From positions 4,139 through 68,138 of the forward strand of contig MELC01000005.1 of NCBI GenBank assembly GCA_001767455.1: a DNA stretch of 64,000 nt, in the 5' to 3' direction. The stretch's first letter is position 1. Every line of letters begins with the position of its first letter. Both the position numbers and the translations under genes were made by a program. A model generated the notes under the pieces. It had not been told where the DNA came from. It saw nothing but the letters and a program-made list of their open reading frames with translations, and ran no database searches. This DNA is from Acidobacteria bacterium RIFCSPLOWO2_12_FULL_66_21. Lineage in GTDB: Bacteria; Acidobacteriota; Vicinamibacteria; Vicinamibacterales; 2-12-FULL-66-21. Positions 37,904-47,953 of this stretch are shown piece after piece.

Positions 37904-38721
37904 CGGATCTCGCCGTCGTTCGCCGTCCCGGTGTCCGCCTGGGCGTGGTTGCGGCACTCGGGCTGGTCGCCTGCGCGCTGCTCGCGGGGTCGATCCGCCC
38001 GGCCGGGGCGCAGAACCCGTCGGCGCCGGATTCGCGGTTTGCAGGCCTGCAGTGGACGTTCGCCCGGATCCGGTACACGGCGTGGACCGTGCCGAGCGGG
38101 CGCTTCAGCAATCCCGAGGACGAGCCGTGGTACATCGACGCGCCCGCCGCCGAGTGGAACCTGTCGCGGCGCGTCCGCACCGTCACGTCGATCCAGGTCA
38201 ACGATCCCGTCGTCCTCACACTGGAGGATCCGAACCTCTGGTCGTACCCGTGGCTCTATATCGTTGAACCGGGCAACCTGCGCCTGAAGGACAGCGAGGT
38301 GCCGATCCTTCGCGAATTCCTCCTGCGCGGCGGCACACTGACGTTCGACGACTTCCACGGCCCCGTGGAATGGGCCAATCTCGAGAGCGAGCTGCGCCGC
38401 GTGTTCCCGGACCGGAAGATCGTGGACCTCCAGCCGTCGCACCCGATTTTCCACTGCTTCTACCGGCTCGATTCGTTCCCGCAGACGCCCGGACTGGGGT
38501 CCTTCCTCCAGGGGCGCACGTACGAAAAGGGGGGGTTCGTTCCGCACCTGCGCGCGATGACGGACGACACGGGCCGCGCCATGGTCCTCATCAACTGGAA
38601 CGTGGACATGGGCGACGGGTGGGAGTGGTCCAACGCCGCGGATTATCCCGGCTACGTCAAGTACACCGCGGTTGCCTACCGCATGATGATCAACGAGATC
38701 GTTTACTCACTGACGCACTGA
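37900..38721 (+). CDS. DUF4159-like secreted protein
   Basis: 273-aa ORF with a signal peptide. PWLYIVEPGNLRLKDSEVPILREFLLRGGTLTFDDFHG...HPIFHCFY resembles DUF4159. The family name is from memory and was not searched. Confidence 0.65.
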   Translation: MTDLAVVRRPGVRLGVVAALGLVACALLAGSIRPAGAQNPSAPDSRFAGLQWTFARIRYTAWTVPSGRFSNPEDEPWYIDAPAAEWNLSRRVRTVTSIQVNDPVVLTLEDPNLWSYPWLYIVEPGNLRLKDSEVPILREFLLRGGTLTFDDFHGPVEWANLESELRRVFPDRKIVDLQPSHPIFHCFYRLDSFPQTPGLGSFLQGRTYEKGGFVPHLRAMTDDTGRAMVLINWNVDMGDGWEWSNAADYPGYVKYTAVAYRMMINEIVYSLTH

Positions 38722-39743
38722 TGCATACCACCAACACCGCCGCCGCGACGACCGACATCATTGCCGTTGCCGAGCGCGTGTCGCTCGGGCGCGAGCGCAT
38801 CCTCGCGGAGATCCGCAAGATCATCGTGGGGCAGGACGAGGTCATCGACCAGGTCCTGATGGCGCTGTTCACCGGCGGGCATTGCCTCATTACCGGCGTG
38901 CCCGGGCTCGCCAAGACGCTGCTGATCAGGACGCTCGCGCAGATCCTCGACCTGTCGTTCAAGCGGATCCAGTTCACGCCGGACCTCATGCCTGCCGACA
39001 TCACCGGCACCGAAGTGCTCGACGAGCAGGCGGGGCAGCGCTCGCTGCGGTTCGTCAAGGGACCGATCTTCGCGCAGATCCTGCTCGCCGACGAGATCAA
39101 CCGCACGCCGCCGAAGACGCAGGCGGCCCTGCTCGAGGCCATGCAGGAGTACCAGGTGACGGCGGCCGGCCGCACCTATCCGCTCGACCGCCCGTTCTTC
39201 GTCCTCGCGACGCAGAACCCGATCGAGCTGGAGGGGACCTATCCGCTGCCAGAGGCGCAGCTCGATCGGTTCATGTTCAACGTCGTCATGACGTATCTCT
39301 CGGAGGACGAGGAGGTGCGCGTCGTGACCACCACGACGGGCGTGCAGACCGAAACGCCCGAGCGGGTGTTCTCGGGGGCGGACATCCTCGAGATCCAGCA
39401 GCTCGTCCGGCAGGTGATCGTCGCCGAGGAGGTCGCGCGGTACGCCGTGCGGCTCGTCGACGCGTCGCGGCCGGGCCGCCAGAGCAACCACCAGTTCGTG
39501 CGCGACTGGGTGAGGTGGGGAGCGGGGCTGCGCGCCAGCCAGTCCTTGATCCTGGCCGGCAAAGCGCGCGCGCTCATCCACGGGCGCTACCACGTGTCCG
39601 TGGCCGACATCCAGGCGCTCGCGCGTCCGGTGCTGCGCCACCGCGTCATCCCGAATTTCTACGCGGAATCCGAACACATCATGCCGGACAACCTCGTCGA
39701 GCGGCTGCTCGAGGCGGTGCCGCCGCCGGCGAGCGGGATGTAG
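38721..39743 (+). CDS. MoxR-family AAA+ ATPase
   Basis: Start is ATG 38721 in a TGATG overlap with the upstream stop. It has Walker A GVPGLAKT and Walker B LLADEINR. FVLATQNPIELEGTYPLPEAQLDRF is the MoxR signature. Confidence 0.92.
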   Translation: MHTTNTAAATTDIIAVAERVSLGRERILAEIRKIIVGQDEVIDQVLMALFTGGHCLITGVPGLAKTLLIRTLAQILDLSFKRIQFTPDLMPADITGTEVLDEQAGQRSLRFVKGPIFAQILLADEINRTPPKTQAALLEAMQEYQVTAAGRTYPLDRPFFVLATQNPIELEGTYPLPEAQLDRFMFNVVMTYLSEDEEVRVVTTTTGVQTETPERVFSGADILEIQQLVRQVIVAEEVARYAVRLVDASRPGRQSNHQFVRDWVRWGAGLRASQSLILAGKARALIHGRYHVSVADIQALARPVLRHRVIPNFYAESEHIMPDNLVERLLEAVPPPASGM

Positions 39744-39750
39744 CGGCGCC

Positions 39751-40668
39751 ATGGCTGCCCCTTCGACGTCCACGTCGCGCGATCTGCGGTTCCTCGACCC
39801 GGCCGTCATCGCACGGCTCGGCACGATGGAGCTGAAGGCGCGCACCGTCGTCGAGGGCTTTCTCTCCGGTCTCCACCGGAGTCCCTACAAAGGCTTCAGC
39901 GTCGAGTTCGCGGAGTACCGCCAGTACCTGCCGGGCGACGATCTCTCGACGCTGGACTGGAAGGTGTACGCGCGCACCGATCGGCACTACGTGAAGAAGT
40001 TCGAGGAGGAAACGAACCTCGAATGCCACCTGCTGCTCGACGTCAGCGCGTCGATGGCGTACCAGGGCGCCGCGCCGATGAGCAAGCTCGAGTACGGGTC
40101 GGTGCTCGCGGCCTCGCTGGCGTTTCTGATGAACCGCCAGCGTGATGCGACGGGCCTCATTGCGTTCGACGATCGCATCCTGTTCCGGATGCCCGCGAGC
40201 GCGCGGCCCGGCCACCTGCACGCGATTCTGCTCGGCCTCGAGCGGCTCGAGGCGGGCAGGCGCTCCGACGTCGGACGTCCGCTGCACCAGCTCGCGGACG
40301 CGCTCGTGAAGCGGAGCCTTGTCGTGCTGGTGTCGGACATGCTGGACGACCCCGAGGCCACGATCAAGGGACTCAAGCACCTGAAGTTCCGCGGCACCGA
40401 TATCGTGGTCTTTCAGGTGCTCGATCCGAACGAGCTGACCTTTCCGTTTCGCGGGGCCTCGCGTTTCCGCGATCTCGAGAGTGCGGAGGAAGTCACCGCC
40501 GACCCGGCACACGTCCGGACGGCCTACCTTCGCGAGCTGGCGGGACTCACACTGAGGTACGACCGCGAGCTGCGCGGCGCGGGGATCGATTACGTGCAGC
40601 TCGATACGTCGAAGCCGCTGGATTTTGCCCTGCTCGCGTATCTCGGCGCGCGTTCGAGGCGCAAGTGA
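39751..40668 (+). CDS. DUF58 (vWA-like) protein
   Basis: 305-aa ORF. YRQYLPGDDLSTLDWKVYARTDRHYVKKFEEE is the DUF58 hallmark. It also has a MIDAS-like LLLDVSASM. Confidence 0.88.
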   Translation: MAAPSTSTSRDLRFLDPAVIARLGTMELKARTVVEGFLSGLHRSPYKGFSVEFAEYRQYLPGDDLSTLDWKVYARTDRHYVKKFEEETNLECHLLLDVSASMAYQGAAPMSKLEYGSVLAASLAFLMNRQRDATGLIAFDDRILFRMPASARPGHLHAILLGLERLEAGRRSDVGRPLHQLADALVKRSLVVLVSDMLDDPEATIKGLKHLKFRGTDIVVFQVLDPNELTFPFRGASRFRDLESAEEVTADPAHVRTAYLRELAGLTLRYDRELRGAGIDYVQLDTSKPLDFALLAYLGARSRRK

Positions 40669-40691
40669 CTATCGACTATCGACTGACGACG

Positions 40692-42542
40692 ATGTCTTTT
40701 CTGTATCCTGCGTTCCTCGCGGGCGCCGTCGCCATTGCGCTTCCGATCGCGCTGCACTTCCTGCGGCGCGACGTGGCGCCGGAGGTGCCGTTCAGCGCCG
40801 TGCGGCTGCTGCGGCGCTCGCCGATCGAGCGCTCGCATCGGCGCAGACTGCGCGATCTCCTGCTGCTCGCCGCGCGGGTCGCGGCGCTGTTCCTTCTTGC
40901 CGCGGCGTTCGCGCGCCCGTACCTGACGGCCGCGGGCCCGTCGCCGCTTCGTCTCGTTGCCATCGATCGCTCGTTCAGCATGGATGCCGGCGGCCGGTTC
41001 AGCCGGGCGGTGGACCTGGCGCGCCGCGCGATCGCGGACGCCGGTGTCAACGATCGCATTGCGCTCGTCGCGTTCGACGACCGCGCGGAGCTGCTGGCGC
41101 CTCCCGGCGGAGCGGCCGATGCGCGCGCCGCGCTGGCGCGGATCCGGCCGGCGTATGGCGCGACCCGGTACGCCGTCATGATCGCGAAGGCGGTGGAGAT
41201 CGCTGACGGCCAGCCGGCGCGCCTCGTCGTCATTACCGATCTCCAGCGCTCCGGGTGGGACGACGAGCAGCCTGGACGTGTTCCGGCCGGTCTCGACGTG
41301 CAGGTGGTCGACGCGGGCGCGATGCCGCCCAATCTGGCCGTCACGGCGCTCCAGGCGGACTCCGGCCGCCTGGTGGCGACGATTCGCAACGCCGGGTCCA
41401 TGGCACACAGCGGACAAGTCCAGGTGTGGCGCGACGGGCAAACTGTCGCCGGCGGCCGCTATTCAATCGCCGCTGATAGGTCAACGAAGGTGCCGATTGA
41501 CTATCGGCTGCCGTCCACCGGATCGATCGCCGTGGCCGTCGAGGACCCATCCGGGCCCACTGCTGACAACACTCGGTACGCGGTACTCGATGCCGCCGCC
41601 CGCCCGCGGATCGCGATTGTGACCTCCGCCGGTGCGGCCCAATCCGGGTTTTACCTGTCGCGTGCGCTGGACGCCGTGACCGATGCCGCCGATTCCGGCA
41701 GCGGCTTCTCGTCGCGGTTGATCTCGGGGACCGCGCTGTCGGCGATGGCGGCGGGCGATTTCGAGCTGTACCGCGCGATCGTGCTCCTCTCGACGCGTGG
41801 TCTCGATCGCCACGCCCGGGAGACGCTCGCCGCCGCCGTGCGCCGTGGCGCCGGGCTGCTCATCGCCGCGGCGCCGGATGTCGAGCCGACGGTGCTTTCA
41901 ACGACCTTCGGCTATTCCAGCTTCGGAAACGTGGAGCAGGAGCCGCGCGCGGTCAGCCTGTCGGCCACCGACCTCCGGCACCCGATCTTCCGCCCATTCG
42001 GAGCATTGGCCGCCAACCTCGGGCAGGTCAGGTTCGATCGCACGTGGCGGTTGCGCGGCGATGGCTGGAACGTGGCGGCGCGCTTCACCGACGGCGCGCC
42101 GGCGCTCCTCGAACGGCGCGAGGGGGCCGGGAAGATCGTGCTGTTCGCATCCGACTTGGACCGCGCCTGGAACGATTTCCCGCTGCACCCCGCGTTCGTT
42201 CCCTTTGCGGTCGAAGCGGTGCGGTACGTGTCCGGCGTGAAAGAGGGCGGCCGGGAATACCTCGTCGCCCGCGCGCCTGCCACCGCGGGGGCGAAGCCAG
42301 GCATCTATGCCGTTGACGCAGACAAACACGCGATCGCCGTGAACGTCGACGTGCGCGAGAGCGAGACCGCCCGCCTGTCGGCCGACGAGTTCACCGCGAG
42401 GCTCGATCGGGAGGGCGCTGCCCCCACGACCAATGGGACCGCCCGCGCGCAGCAGACCGAGGCGCGGCAGAGTTACTGGCGGTACGGCTTGTTGCTGATG
42501 CTCGTCACGCTCGTCGCGGAATCGTTCATCGGGAGGGCATGA
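40692..42542 (+). CDS. BatA-N-terminal-domain / vWA membrane protein
   Basis: Start is at ATG 40692 (MSFLYPAFLAGAVAIALPIALHFLRR, the aerotolerance-regulator N-terminal double-TM motif). A vWA-like VAIDRSFSMD follows, and there is a C-terminal TM segment. Confidence 0.82.
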   Translation: MSFLYPAFLAGAVAIALPIALHFLRRDVAPEVPFSAVRLLRRSPIERSHRRRLRDLLLLAARVAALFLLAAAFARPYLTAAGPSPLRLVAIDRSFSMDAGGRFSRAVDLARRAIADAGVNDRIALVAFDDRAELLAPPGGAADARAALARIRPAYGATRYAVMIAKAVEIADGQPARLVVITDLQRSGWDDEQPGRVPAGLDVQVVDAGAMPPNLAVTALQADSGRLVATIRNAGSMAHSGQVQVWRDGQTVAGGRYSIAADRSTKVPIDYRLPSTGSIAVAVEDPSGPTADNTRYAVLDAAARPRIAIVTSAGAAQSGFYLSRALDAVTDAADSGSGFSSRLISGTALSAMAAGDFELYRAIVLLSTRGLDRHARETLAAAVRRGAGLLIAAAPDVEPTVLSTTFGYSSFGNVEQEPRAVSLSATDLRHPIFRPFGALAANLGQVRFDRTWRLRGDGWNVAARFTDGAPALLERREGAGKIVLFASDLDRAWNDFPLHPAFVPFAVEAVRYVSGVKEGGREYLVARAPATAGAKPGIYAVDADKHAIAVNVDVRESETARLSADEFTARLDREGAAPTTNGTARAQQTEARQSYWRYGLLLMLVTLVAESFIGRA

Positions 42543-45500
42543 GTTCGCCGATGGATCAGCAACTCCGCTCGCTCATCGAGACGGTGCGGCAGCGCTGGCT
42601 GCGCGTCGTCACCGCGCAGGTGATTGCGCGTGCGGCCGTGTGCGCGGCCGTGCCCCTCGTCGCGGCGGCAGTGGCCTACCGTGTCGCGGCTCCAGGCGGG
42701 TGGGCATTGCTGTCGCTTGCCGCGCTGGCGCTGGCCACCACCGGCGCCGTGGCGGCGGTCGCCGCGTGGCGCAGGCCTTCACGCCCGCACGATCGGCAGG
42801 TCGCCCGGTTCATCGAGGAACGCACGGCGGGTGCAACGGGCGCCAGGCCGCTCGAGGACGCGCTGGTGAGCGCGGTCGACGTCGCGGCCGCGCCGGAGGC
42901 CGATCTGCGCCGGCAGTTCCTGCCGGTCATCGCCGCGACGCTCGCGCGCCAGCTCGAGGACCTCACGCCCGCGTCGATTGTCTCACCCGAATCGGTGCGG
43001 CGCGCCACGACCCGGGCCGCGGGCGGCGCCGTGGTGTTTGTCGCGGCACTCATCGTGGCCCTGCCGCTGCTGGAGCAGGCGGCTGCCGACGCGCGGCTGC
43101 GGTTGTTCGCCTCGCCGGCCGCCGGCACGTCAGCCGGCGCCGCCACGACGCGCCGAGGCGCGCCACCGCGCGTGCGTCGCATCGACGTGCGCTATGCGTA
43201 TCCGGCGTTCTCGGGACTCGGGCCCAAGACCGAAGAGGATGGCGGCGACGTCTACGGGCCCGCCGGGACGAAGGTCACGCTTCGCGTCTTCTCGGACAAA
43301 CCGGTGACGGCGGGATCGCTCAGAACCGCGAGCGCCTCGACGCTCCCGCTGCGCGTGGCGGACGGCGGCGCGCTGGAATCCACGTTCGTCCTGTCCGGGG
43401 ACGACTCGTATCGCGTGAAGCTGACGGATGCTGACGGCCTCGAGTCGGCGGCCGACACCGAGTACTTCATCCGCTTGATGGAGGACGGCCCGCCGAGCGT
43501 GCGGATCCTCCGGCCGTCGTCCGACCGCCAGATCACGCCCCTCGAAGAGGTCGCGATCGAAGCACGGGCAGACGACGACTACGGGATTGCCGCATTCGAT
43601 CTCGTCTACGGCGTGGCGGGCGGACCCGAGAAAGTCGCGCGGTTCGACCGCGTCACGGGCACGAACACGCAGAAGATCGGCGTGCACCTCCTGCCCGCGG
43701 AGGCGCTCGGAGTCACACCGGGCGATGTCATCACGTACTACGCGCGGGCGCGCGACGTCGCCCGCGCGAAGCCGTCGACCCAGGCGACGAGCGACATCTA
43801 CTTCCTCGAGGTCAAGCCGTTCAACGAGGAATTCTCGATGGCCGAGAGCCAGGCGTCGTCGGCTCCAGGGTCCGGCGATCTCGAAAGCCTGATCCAGGCG
43901 CAGAAGGAAATCATCAGCGCGACGTGGAACCTCGAGCGCCGGGCGCAGGCGGGGCGTTCAGCGGCGGATCTCCAGGCCGTCGCGGAGGCGCAGGCCGAAC
44001 TGAAGACGCGTGCCGAACGCCTGTCGCGGCGATCGAGCGGTCTGTCAGGGGGCGGCCCCTTGCCGCAGCGGCAGCTGCCCGGCCGTGGACAGGGCGCGAG
44101 GGGCGGGTCTGGCGATTCGATTGGGGCGGCGCTCGAGGCGATGTCGCGGGCCGTCGTGCAGCTCCAGGGGCAGAAGACGCGAGACGCGATCCCCCACGAG
44201 ATGGCGGCCCTGAACGGGCTGCTCCAGGCGCAAGCCGAGGTCCGGCGCCGGCAGGTGACGACGGGGTCCTCTGGCAGCGGCAACGGCAGCAGTCGCGCGG
44301 GCCAGGATCTGTCGGCGCTCTTCGACAAGGAGCTGCAGCGCCAGCAGCGCACCAATTACGAGAACCGGACGTCGGCCACCGCGCAACAGGAGCCGCCCGG
44401 GAACGACAGCGCGCTCGATCGCATTCGGGATCTGGCCAGGCGCCAGGAGGATCTGAACCGGCGGCAGCAGGAGCTCGCGTCGGCCGGGTTGAGCGCCGAG
44501 GAGATGAGGCGGCAGCTCGAGAAGCTGACGCGCGAGCAGATGGAACTGCGTCGCCAGACGGAGGAATTGTCGCGTACGACGCCGCCGGCGACATCGGGGC
44601 AGGCCGGCTCGGGAGGCATGCGGCAGGCGTCGGAGCAGATGCGCTCCGCGGCGAGCGAGCTGCGCCGCGACGATCCGGCGCGTGCCGCCGAGAACGGCCA
44701 GCGTGCCGCCGACGAGCTGCGCCGGATGGAGCGGCGGCTCGGCGGAGGACGCGGCGACGCGAGAGATCGATCGAGCGAGGTGCAGCTCGAGGCGCAGCAG
44801 ATCGCGCAGGAGCAGCGGCGCATCGCGGCGGAGTCCGAGCGGCTCGAGAAGAGTGGGGCGGGGGCCGCCGCCGACGCGAAACGTCGCCTGGCGTCGGACA
44901 AGGAGCGGCTGGCGGGACGCGTCGAGGACCTCCAGCGATCGGCGCAGCAGTCCGCGCGTGGATCCATGCCGGACGCCGCCGCTTCGCTGGCCGAAGCCGC
45001 GCGCGATCTCGAGCGCGAGCGGATCGCGGAACGGATGCGCGAGTCCGCGAAGCGGATGCAGGCGCCGGGCGGGCAGCAGCCGGGGCAGGCGGCCGAGGAT
45101 CGGAAGATCGCGCGCACGCTCGACAGCGTCGCCGAGAAGCTGGGCGGAAGCGCCTCCGCCGGTTCCAAACAGTTGTCGCAGCAACTCGATCGCACGCGGG
45201 AGATCCGCGATCGACTGAACAGGCTCGAGCAGCAGATGCGCGACGCGGCCGCGCGCGAGCAGTCGAAGGGCCCGGCGCAGCCCGGCAGCCGGTCGCCGCA
45301 GGGGGAACGCGGCCGGCAGGGGCGCGACGCCACGCAGGGCAGCCGCGGGACATCCGGCAGCGGCCAGGCGGGGTCCGAACTGCAGCGGCTGCAGGCGGAG
45401 TATCAGCGCGAGCTGCAGCGCGCGCGCGACGCGCTCGACCGGCTCGGCAAGGGACAGCAGCGGACCGGCCTCGACATGGCGACGCCCGAGGAGCAGGAGT

Positions 45501-45733
45501 TCAGCCGCTCCGCGCCCGGGACCGAAGCGTTCAAGCAGGATCGGTCCGGATGGGAATCGCTCAGGAAGGACGTCGATCTCGCACTCGAGAAGCACGAGGC
45601 CGCCATCTCCGACCGCCTCGCCGGGCGGCAGGCGCAGGATCGACTGAGCGCCGGCGGGAGCGAGCGCGTCCCCGAATCGTACCGATCGGTGATCGCCAGG
45701 TACTACGAGTCGCTGGCAAGGGTGAAGAAATAG
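42539..45733 (+). CDS. Large membrane-anchored protein with ~500-aa highly charged Q/R/E/A-rich coiled-coil region (DUF4175-like)
   Basis: 1064-aa ORF with 3 N-terminal TM segments. A beta-rich central region is followed by long low-complexity charged helices (e.g. RQQELASAGLSAEEMRRQLEKLTREQMELRRQTEEL). It is translationally coupled on both sides. Confidence 0.7.
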   Translation: MSSPMDQQLRSLIETVRQRWLRVVTAQVIARAAVCAAVPLVAAAVAYRVAAPGGWALLSLAALALATTGAVAAVAAWRRPSRPHDRQVARFIEERTAGATGARPLEDALVSAVDVAAAPEADLRRQFLPVIAATLARQLEDLTPASIVSPESVRRATTRAAGGAVVFVAALIVALPLLEQAAADARLRLFASPAAGTSAGAATTRRGAPPRVRRIDVRYAYPAFSGLGPKTEEDGGDVYGPAGTKVTLRVFSDKPVTAGSLRTASASTLPLRVADGGALESTFVLSGDDSYRVKLTDADGLESAADTEYFIRLMEDGPPSVRILRPSSDRQITPLEEVAIEARADDDYGIAAFDLVYGVAGGPEKVARFDRVTGTNTQKIGVHLLPAEALGVTPGDVITYYARARDVARAKPSTQATSDIYFLEVKPFNEEFSMAESQASSAPGSGDLESLIQAQKEIISATWNLERRAQAGRSAADLQAVAEAQAELKTRAERLSRRSSGLSGGGPLPQRQLPGRGQGARGGSGDSIGAALEAMSRAVVQLQGQKTRDAIPHEMAALNGLLQAQAEVRRRQVTTGSSGSGNGSSRAGQDLSALFDKELQRQQRTNYENRTSATAQQEPPGNDSALDRIRDLARRQEDLNRRQQELASAGLSAEEMRRQLEKLTREQMELRRQTEELSRTTPPATSGQAGSGGMRQASEQMRSAASELRRDDPARAAENGQRAADELRRMERRLGGGRGDARDRSSEVQLEAQQIAQEQRRIAAESERLEKSGAGAAADAKRRLASDKERLAGRVEDLQRSAQQSARGSMPDAAASLAEAARDLERERIAERMRESAKRMQAPGGQQPGQAAEDRKIARTLDSVAEKLGGSASAGSKQLSQQLDRTREIRDRLNRLEQQMRDAAAREQSKGPAQPGSRSPQGERGRQGRDATQGSRGTSGSGQAGSELQRLQAEYQRELQRARDALDRLGKGQQRTGLDMATPEEQEFSRSAPGTEAFKQDRSGWESLRKDVDLALEKHEAAISDRLAGRQAQDRLSAGGSERVPESYRSVIARYYESLARVKK

Positions 45734-47953
45734 GTGACGTTCGCGAACCCAATCCCGTGGTGGGCGATTGCGGCGGGCGTGCTGCTCTTTGCCGCGTCGG
45801 CCTGGTGTGCGTACCGCCGGTTGGCGGCGGCCGGATACCGCCGCCACGTGCTCGCTGGTCTTCGATTCGCCACGCTGTTCCTCCTCCTTGTATTCCTCCT
45901 TCGTCCCGTGCTGCGTGTCGTGAGCCCCGACACCCACGATGCGATCGTGCCGGTGCTGGTCGATACGTCGCGAAGCATGGGGATCGAGGATGCCGACGGG
46001 CTGCCGCGGATCGACAGCGCCCGGGATCTCCTCGATCGCGCGCTGCTGCCTGCACTGTCGTCGGAGTTCACCGTCGAGCTGCTCGCGTTCGGCGACGGCG
46101 TCGCTCCCGTCACGACCGCCGATCTCTCCGCGAGCGCGCGCCGGAGCGATCTCGCAAGCGCGATGGCGGCCCTTCGCGAACGGTACCGCAACCGTCCGGT
46201 CGCCGGCATCGTTGTCGTCTCGGACGGCGGCGATACCAGCGGCCGCGCCGAACGCGAGGTGCAGCGCGAGCGCACACCGCCCATCCACCCCATCGGCATC
46301 GGGTCGCCGACGGCGGGACGCGATCGCGAGGTGCTCAGCATCACCGCCGCCGAAGCGGTGCTGGAGGATTCGCGGGTCGATCTTGCCGTGTCGGCGGTCA
46401 GTCACGGGCATGGCACCGATCCGATCGAGCTGCGGCTGCTCGAGAACGGCCGCCCGATCGAGGTGCGCCGCGCGGCGCCGGCGGCGGATGGCGTCCCCGT
46501 GCGCGTGGTGTTCCAGATCGCGCCGCGCCGCGGCGCGCCAACCTTGTACACCGTCGAGATCCCTGAAGCCGCGGGCGAGGTCGTGCCGGAGAACAACACG
46601 CGCAGCGTGCTCGTGCAGCAGCCCTCGCGTCCGAGACGCGTCCTGCTCGTCGAAGGGGCGCCGGGATTCGAGCATGGATTCCTCAAGCGCGCGTGGGCCG
46701 GCGACGCCGGCCTGGACGTCGACGCCGTCGTCCGCAAGGGACGCGACGAGCAGGGGCACGACACCTTCTACATTCAAGCCGCGGAAACGCGAAGCGGCGA
46801 CCTGGCGTCCGGATTTCCCCAGCGCGTCGAGGATCTCTTCACCTACGACGCGGTCGTGCTCGCCAACGTCGAGCCTGGAGAATTGACGGACGCGGAACTC
46901 GAGGCCACCCGCGACTTCGTCGGGCGGAGAGGCGGCGGGCTGCTGGTGCTCGGCGCCCGGTCGTTCCTGAAGCACGGCCTCGCGAATACGCCCATCGGGG
47001 AAGTCCTGCCGCTCGACGTCACCGATCGCGGGACCGCCGTGCTGCCCGCGTCGTTGTCGCGCGGCACGAACCGCGCCGCGCTCACCGAGGCCGGCGCGGT
47101 GCACCCGGTCATGCAGCTTGGCCCCGGTGCCGCCGATACGCGCAAACGCTGGGACGCCGTCCCGTCGCTCGCCGCGAGCGCCGCGCTCGGCGGCCCGCGG
47201 CCTGGCGCCACGGTGCTGGCGGTGACGGCAGGTCCCGGCGGAGCGCAGCGCGCGCTCGTCGCCGTTCAGCGCTACGGTGAAGGACGCTCGATGGTGTTCA
47301 CGGGCGAAGCGTCATGGCGCTGGCGCATGATGCTGCCATCGACCGATCGGTCGTACGAGACGTTCTGGCGGCAGGCGATCAGGTGGCTCGCGGTGAAGGC
47401 CGCCGATCCCATCAGCATCACATCGCCCGCCGGCAGCGCGCCCGGAGACGCGCTGCACATCGGCGTCGCCGTCCGCGACGCGCTCTTCCAGCCGCGGCGC
47501 GACGCCGGCGTCACGCTCCGGATCGCCGGACCTGACGGACGGCTGGAGCAGCCCGCCGCGACCCTGTCGAGGAGCGACAGCGGCCGCGACGATGAGTTCG
47601 GCGCGGCGTTCACGCCCGCGCACCCCGGCATCTATCGGATCACCGCCGAGGCACGTCGCGGCACGACACTCCTCGGCTCCGCATCCACGGCCCTGCTGGT
47701 CGGCGGATCCGACCTGGAGATGACCGACCCGCGCCTGAACACGCAGCTGCTGGAACGCCTCGCGTCCGCGTCGGGCGGCCACGTCACGGCGCCGGCGGAC
47801 GTTCGGCGGCTGGTCGATCGCCTCCGGGCGGGTGTCCCCGCCGCGCGTCGCGCCGCCGAACGCGATCTGTGGCACAACGGCTGGTCCTTTGCCGTCATCC
47901 TCCTGCTTCTCGGCGCCGAGTGGATCCTGCGGCGCCGGTGGGGCTTGCGATGA
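45734..47953 (+). CDS. vWA-domain membrane protein with glutamine-amidotransferase-like (DUF1355-type) domain
   Basis: 739-aa ORF whose GTG start directly follows the upstream stop. It has 2 N-terminal TM segments, the MIDAS motif LVDTSRSMG, the block VVLANVEPGELTDAELEATRDFVGRRGGGLLVLG and a C-terminal TM segment. Confidence 0.75.
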   Translation: MTFANPIPWWAIAAGVLLFAASAWCAYRRLAAAGYRRHVLAGLRFATLFLLLVFLLRPVLRVVSPDTHDAIVPVLVDTSRSMGIEDADGLPRIDSARDLLDRALLPALSSEFTVELLAFGDGVAPVTTADLSASARRSDLASAMAALRERYRNRPVAGIVVVSDGGDTSGRAEREVQRERTPPIHPIGIGSPTAGRDREVLSITAAEAVLEDSRVDLAVSAVSHGHGTDPIELRLLENGRPIEVRRAAPAADGVPVRVVFQIAPRRGAPTLYTVEIPEAAGEVVPENNTRSVLVQQPSRPRRVLLVEGAPGFEHGFLKRAWAGDAGLDVDAVVRKGRDEQGHDTFYIQAAETRSGDLASGFPQRVEDLFTYDAVVLANVEPGELTDAELEATRDFVGRRGGGLLVLGARSFLKHGLANTPIGEVLPLDVTDRGTAVLPASLSRGTNRAALTEAGAVHPVMQLGPGAADTRKRWDAVPSLAASAALGGPRPGATVLAVTAGPGGAQRALVAVQRYGEGRSMVFTGEASWRWRMMLPSTDRSYETFWRQAIRWLAVKAADPISITSPAGSAPGDALHIGVAVRDALFQPRRDAGVTLRIAGPDGRLEQPAATLSRSDSGRDDEFGAAFTPAHPGIYRITAEARRGTTLLGSASTALLVGGSDLEMTDPRLNTQLLERLASASGGHVTAPADVRRLVDRLRAGVPAARRAAERDLWHNGWSFAVILLLLGAEWILRRRWGLR

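Noticed and set aside
43914-47104. Several ORFs of 480-1019 aa in other frames or strands (43914..45353, 43924..46566, 44045..47104)
   Set aside because: They arise from the extreme compositional bias of the charged coiled-coil region and the neighbouring gene. They have no motifs and overlap the translationally coupled operon genes.
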